Shown piece by piece: positions 51,923 to 64,000 of a stretch of 64,000 nucleotides of DNA. The number at the start of each line of letters is the position of its first letter. The stretch's first letter is position 1. The notes below the pieces were generated by a model. It ran no database searches, was not told the DNA's origin, and was given only the letters and a program-made list of their open reading frames with translations. The translations under genes were made by a program, and so were the position numbers. The stretch covers positions 31,603,476 through 31,667,475 of the forward strand of contig CM119263.1 of the NCBI GenBank assembly GCA_051294375.1, written 5' to 3'. The stretch comes from Paraspadella gotoi (taxonomy: Eukaryota; Animalia; Chaetognatha).

Positions 51923-53337
51923 AAAACAGTGCAAAATCTTTACATTGTGTAATGTATAACAATAAGAAAAATTTAAACTGATGAATATTAGTGAAGTATA
52001 ACAATTAATCTACTTAATAATTAGTGAGAATGAAACAGGAAATTTGAAATTGAAAGGATAGATTTGAGAGATGAGTTAATAAGTAATAAAGTGAAATTGA
52101 AAAGTAAAGATAGAGCTCCAAATGAGCTGGCCCCCCTTGGCATGGGCAAATGAGAGGCATGATCGATGAGGCCGGGTCATTGGCATGTCATAGTCTGAAA
52201 AGAAAGGATTTATATCACAATGTCGAATTTATTATATTAAAATGATCTAATTGATAAATATATTAAATCATAAATGTTATCTCTTATTTGTAAAAAAATG
52301 TAGAAGCCTAAGATTTTTATCATTTCTAGTATTCTTAAAAATCCATGATATTTTATAATTTTATATTTTATCTTATATTTCATTTTATTTCATATTTCAT
52401 TTCATTTGATTTTATATTTTATGATTGAATTGTTAATTAATAAAAACATGATAATATTTTAGGAAGTGGTCTATCGTTTCGAAGTATCTCCAGCAAAAAC
52501 CGTGAAAGCGGGTGATAACATCATTGCTTCTCTCTTCATGGAAAATCGATGCGAGAAACAGATCGAGTTGCAAGTGAGAAAGAAGAGTTGAAAGTGAGAA
52601 AGAAGAGCTGCAAGTGAGAAAGAAGATTTGCAAGTGAGAAAGAAGAGTTGAAAGTGAGAAGAAGAGTGAAAGTGAGAAAGAAGAGTTGAAAGTGAGAAAG
52701 AAGAGCTACAAGTGAGAAAGAAGAGCTGCAAGTGAGAAAGAAGAGTTGAAAGTGAGAAAGAAGAGTTGCAAGGTCACGACTGAAGGTGTCATGCTTATAG
52801 GCGGGGTGAACTTATGCAATGCCCGACTACAAGTTAAACGTGAGAAAGAATAGTTGAAAGTGAGAAAGAAAGCTTTGAATTAAAGAAGATGGATTCAAAA
52901 TGTGAATGTAAGAAAAGAAAAGGGTTGAAAGTGAGAATTTAACCGGAAAGTGAGAAAGTGAGAAGGTGAGAAAAAAAGAGTAGAAAGAAAACCGCCGAGT
53001 TAAAAATTCTCAATCAATCCAGAATAAGTTTCTAAACCCAAATATCACAGCATCACTCTATCACTACTTTTTTATCATAAGGTAACGATGACAGTCGGCG
53101 CCTTTTTCTACTTCGGTCGACCTATGAGCGAAAATGTGGAAATGTTTAGCCACAAAGTCACCTTACAACCGGGACAAAGTGAGACAAATTGGGACAAAGG
53201 ATAGTGAGATGTAATGATAAACAATTTTTAAAATTATATAAAACGATTTAATATTATTTTAAAAAAAGGACTCACAGAAAAAGTGAAGGTAAAACCGGAC
53301 AAATATCTGAATTTCGTGAAGGACGATGCTCAGTTGA

Positions 53338-53379
<42 letters not shown>

Positions 53380-54648
53380 TGAGTGATTATCCATCTCCAT
53401 CTCTCAGGTTTTACTGCGTCGCTAAAGACTCCGACGATTCTGCTTCAGCTTCTTTCGTTGAATCGAAACAAATAAATTTGGATTTGCCCGAAGTTGAGAT
53501 CGAGGTCAGAGAGAGAGAGAGAGAGAGAGGGGGAGTCAATTGGTTTCTGATCGAGAGATTGATTTTGGTCTCTGCTGAAAACATTACTTTTCTTTTTCAA
53601 AACAAACTGAAAATTTAGTTGGTGTCATTTGAGATTTGAGATTTTAATGTCGAAAATTTAAGTTATTGTCATCTGTAATACGGTAGATCTAAGAGGAGCA
53701 AATGAAATTGATCTTAATTAGTTCCAAGATATCAGTTTTATGAAATTGGTACAACCAATATAAAAATTATGATATGATTATGATATTAGTCGTAATTCTG
53801 CTCTGGAGTCTAAAGTATTTATCGCTTCTAATGTCAAAAGATAACGTAACAAAGGAATGGGCTCTTTTCGTTTCGACTTCACTCCCGCAAATTCGCGCGT
53901 TCAAAACGTCGCTCGATCTGTGTGGTTCAACGTGGGATCTTCGTGGATAAAAAATCTGAATATTTAGCTGAATGTCGAAACAGATTTTGAAGGAAAAGAC
54001 GAGAGATATATTCAGACGTTTATTTTCACAATAATGTCCATAAAAAATCCCGTAAAACTGTTATTGGGACGAACAACGTGTTTCTTAGTGAGCAAATCTA
54101 ATAACTCAAGAAATGTCTCTATTTTCTCTCTCTCTCTCTTATCGACGACGGCCAAACAAAAGACCAGTAAAAATGCTTAACAGTCTGATGAAAGATAAAA
54201 GATAAAAGATAAAAGACCGATAAAATACAATTCAGAGTAAAAAACGATTGACAGAAAGGGAAAATTGAATTGTGAGTTATAACATTTAACATCCAGAGAG
54301 CCCCATTTCTGTTATTAAATTTACAACCAGATTCATAACCCTAATCCCTAATCAGAAATCAATAATCAATAACCCTAGAAAAAAAATGAATTCCAAATTT
54401 TAAAAACGAAATAGGGCGTACTGGGAAAATAGGGCCATGGTCTATTTAATATTAATATTAAAATACCATTTGTTCCCTCCTCCCCCGCGCCCTCTTTCAG
54501 CCGATTGGAAAAACAAAAGTAAAATCTGGAGAAAATCTGAATCTCAAGTTAAAATTCAGAAATCCGTTGAAAGAAACTTTGACTGATGTGGAATTCACTG
54601 TGGAAGGAGCCGGAATGAGACAGAGGAGTTTCAAGCCTGGAGAGTGAG

Positions 54649-54704
<56 letters not shown>

Positions 54705-54879
54705 AGATCCTAACCATCTTTTTTCACTCTCTCCCCACAGAGATCTTGCTCCCGGCTGCACAGTGATCCAAGAGGTCAAAGTTCAACCTCGTCGTCGGGG
54801 CCAAAGAGAAATCGTTGCCGTCTTTAGATCTAATGAAATGAGCAGTCAGTCTGCCTCTATTAATGTGGAAGTGGAATGA
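44038..54879 (+). CDS. Transglutaminase B, tandem paralog, 19 coding exons, ~725 aa
   Basis: Exons 44038-44107, 44662-44754, 44861-44959, 45109-45217, 45567-45741, 48305-48430, 48942-49022, 49121-49231, 49408-49492, 49580-49753, 50601-50749, 51165-51301, 51492-51603, 52463-52573, 53082-53178, 53269-53338, 53408-53504, 54501-54643, 54741-54879. All GT-AG and in phase. Motifs [24 protein letters not shown]. Confidence 0.95.
45850..48265. mobile_element. ~2.4 kb element with imperfect ~140-bp terminal inverted repeats in TG-B intron 5
   Basis: The reverse complement of ~45853-45988 (CCACATCTCTGA..CTGTCCAAA..TAGCT..TTTTATATTGG..ACCAA.TTCAT) aligns by eye to 48140-48263. No transposase ORF seen. 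Confidence 0.5.
47110..47410 (-). mobile_element. ~300-bp repeat ending in a minimal hammerhead motif (Penelope-like relic), degenerate copy
   Basis: Minus strand reads CTGATGA-A-GGCTTG aagtaaa CAAGCC-GAAA-CATG-TA (47114-47150). The body is collinear with 51665-51960. Confidence 0.7.
48360..48806 (+). repeat. 75-bp tandem array spanning the TG-B exon 6 end and donor
   Basis: Copies at 48431-48500 (70 nt), 48501-48575, 48576-48650, 48651-48725 and 48726-48800, each starting GTGAGA. Confidence 0.97.
49724..50210 (+). repeat. 61-62-bp tandem array spanning the TG-B His-motif exon end and donor
   Basis: AG|GT at 49754, 49816, 49878, 49940, (50002 mutated), 50063, 50125, 50186. Confidence 0.95.
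51665..51720 (-). ncRNA. Minimal type I hammerhead ribozyme (Penelope-like-element type)
   Basis: Minus strand: AACG-CUGAUGA-A-GGCUU gaaaug AAGCC-GAAA-CAUG-UC-UGUU. It has the full core, a 5-bp helix II, a palindromic CAUG helix III, a GUC cleavage triplet and helix I AACG/UGUU extended by UUCA/UGAA. Confidence 0.8.
52565..52772 (+). repeat. 20-bp tandem array spanning a TG-B exon end and donor (GAGTTGCAA|GTGAGAAAGAA)
   Basis: About 10 copies starting inside exon 52463-52573, with degenerate copies to ~52970. Confidence 0.93.
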
Positions 54880-55467
54880 GTGAGATAGAGAGGGAGATAA
54901 AGAAATAGAAAGGGAGAGAATAAAATGGGCAAAAAGGATTGGAAATATTATTTTTTGAATTGTGGTTATATTTGGAGAAATGATATTAATCTGGCTTATA
55001 TTTTATAATACAATTCAAGAAGAAAATTTAAAACTGACTTGCATTAAATAGCTAAGTACATTGTGTAACTGGTTGCCTTCAAATGATTTTCACTGTTATA
55101 CAGAAATTAATTGATTGTGATTATAGCTTTCTTTTAAAAACCCTTCACAATTATAATGCAAACTATAAGGGCATATTACAGGGCGAATAACGCTTGGGGA
55201 TATCGCTTTTAACTTTCAATGCGAAACGATAACCAATTTTCAGTGAGATCAATTATTAGTTTGTTACTTTTTAGTGGGCTTTATGTAAATAATGTTAAAA
55301 TATAATTATAATTCTTCTCACCGCCTTTGGCTTTTTTTCTCTTTTAAAAATAAAAAAGTGATGGCAAATAATATAAATTTTTAAATGAATAAATACGGCT
55401 GTATACACTTTAGCGATTACAATGCGAGCTAAATAAATAAATAGAGATCAAAACTGATAATTAATAA

Positions 55468-63841
<8,374 letters not shown>

Positions 63842-64000
63842 CTGTGAGCGAAAGAAAATATTGTAGAGGTGTCAGATTATGTCACAAGTTTTAATTATCA
63901 TTATCAATGTCCGAAAACCATCACCAGTTGTCAGTTTCTGACATAGGCTATCACAAAAACATCATCCTAAGATATTTCCTTTTAATACCGCCTATGATAC

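Overview
AT-rich, microsatellite-rich, intron-dense animal genomic DNA from a noisy long-read, gap-filled assembly (three 25-N gaps). The non-redundant gene order is: EXOC3/Sec6 (minus, runs off the left edge), head-to-head with two tandem transglutaminase paralogs (plus; TG-A 18 coding exons, about 736 aa; TG-B 19 coding exons, about 725 aa). These converge on the 3' part of a G-alpha-o gene (minus, runs off the right edge). An antisense gene for a secreted, dibasic-processed, Cys-rich peptide precursor is nested in a G-alpha-o intron. Much of 5016-15768 and 28400-42500 is redundant and probably artefactual: an inverted copy, direct copies and a two-pass read with a SMRTbell adapter remnant. 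Highlights are (1) the nested peptide precursor, (2) repeated tandem arrays whose unit straddles an exon-intron junction, (3) Penelope-type minimal hammerhead ribozymes in TG-B introns, (4) loss of a conserved Ca2+-binding loop in both transglutaminases, (5) non-canonical intron positions in G-alpha-o, (6) a PxxPxR-repeat N-terminal extension on Sec6 and (7) a polymorphic foldback transposon. All calls were read by eye; no database searches were run.
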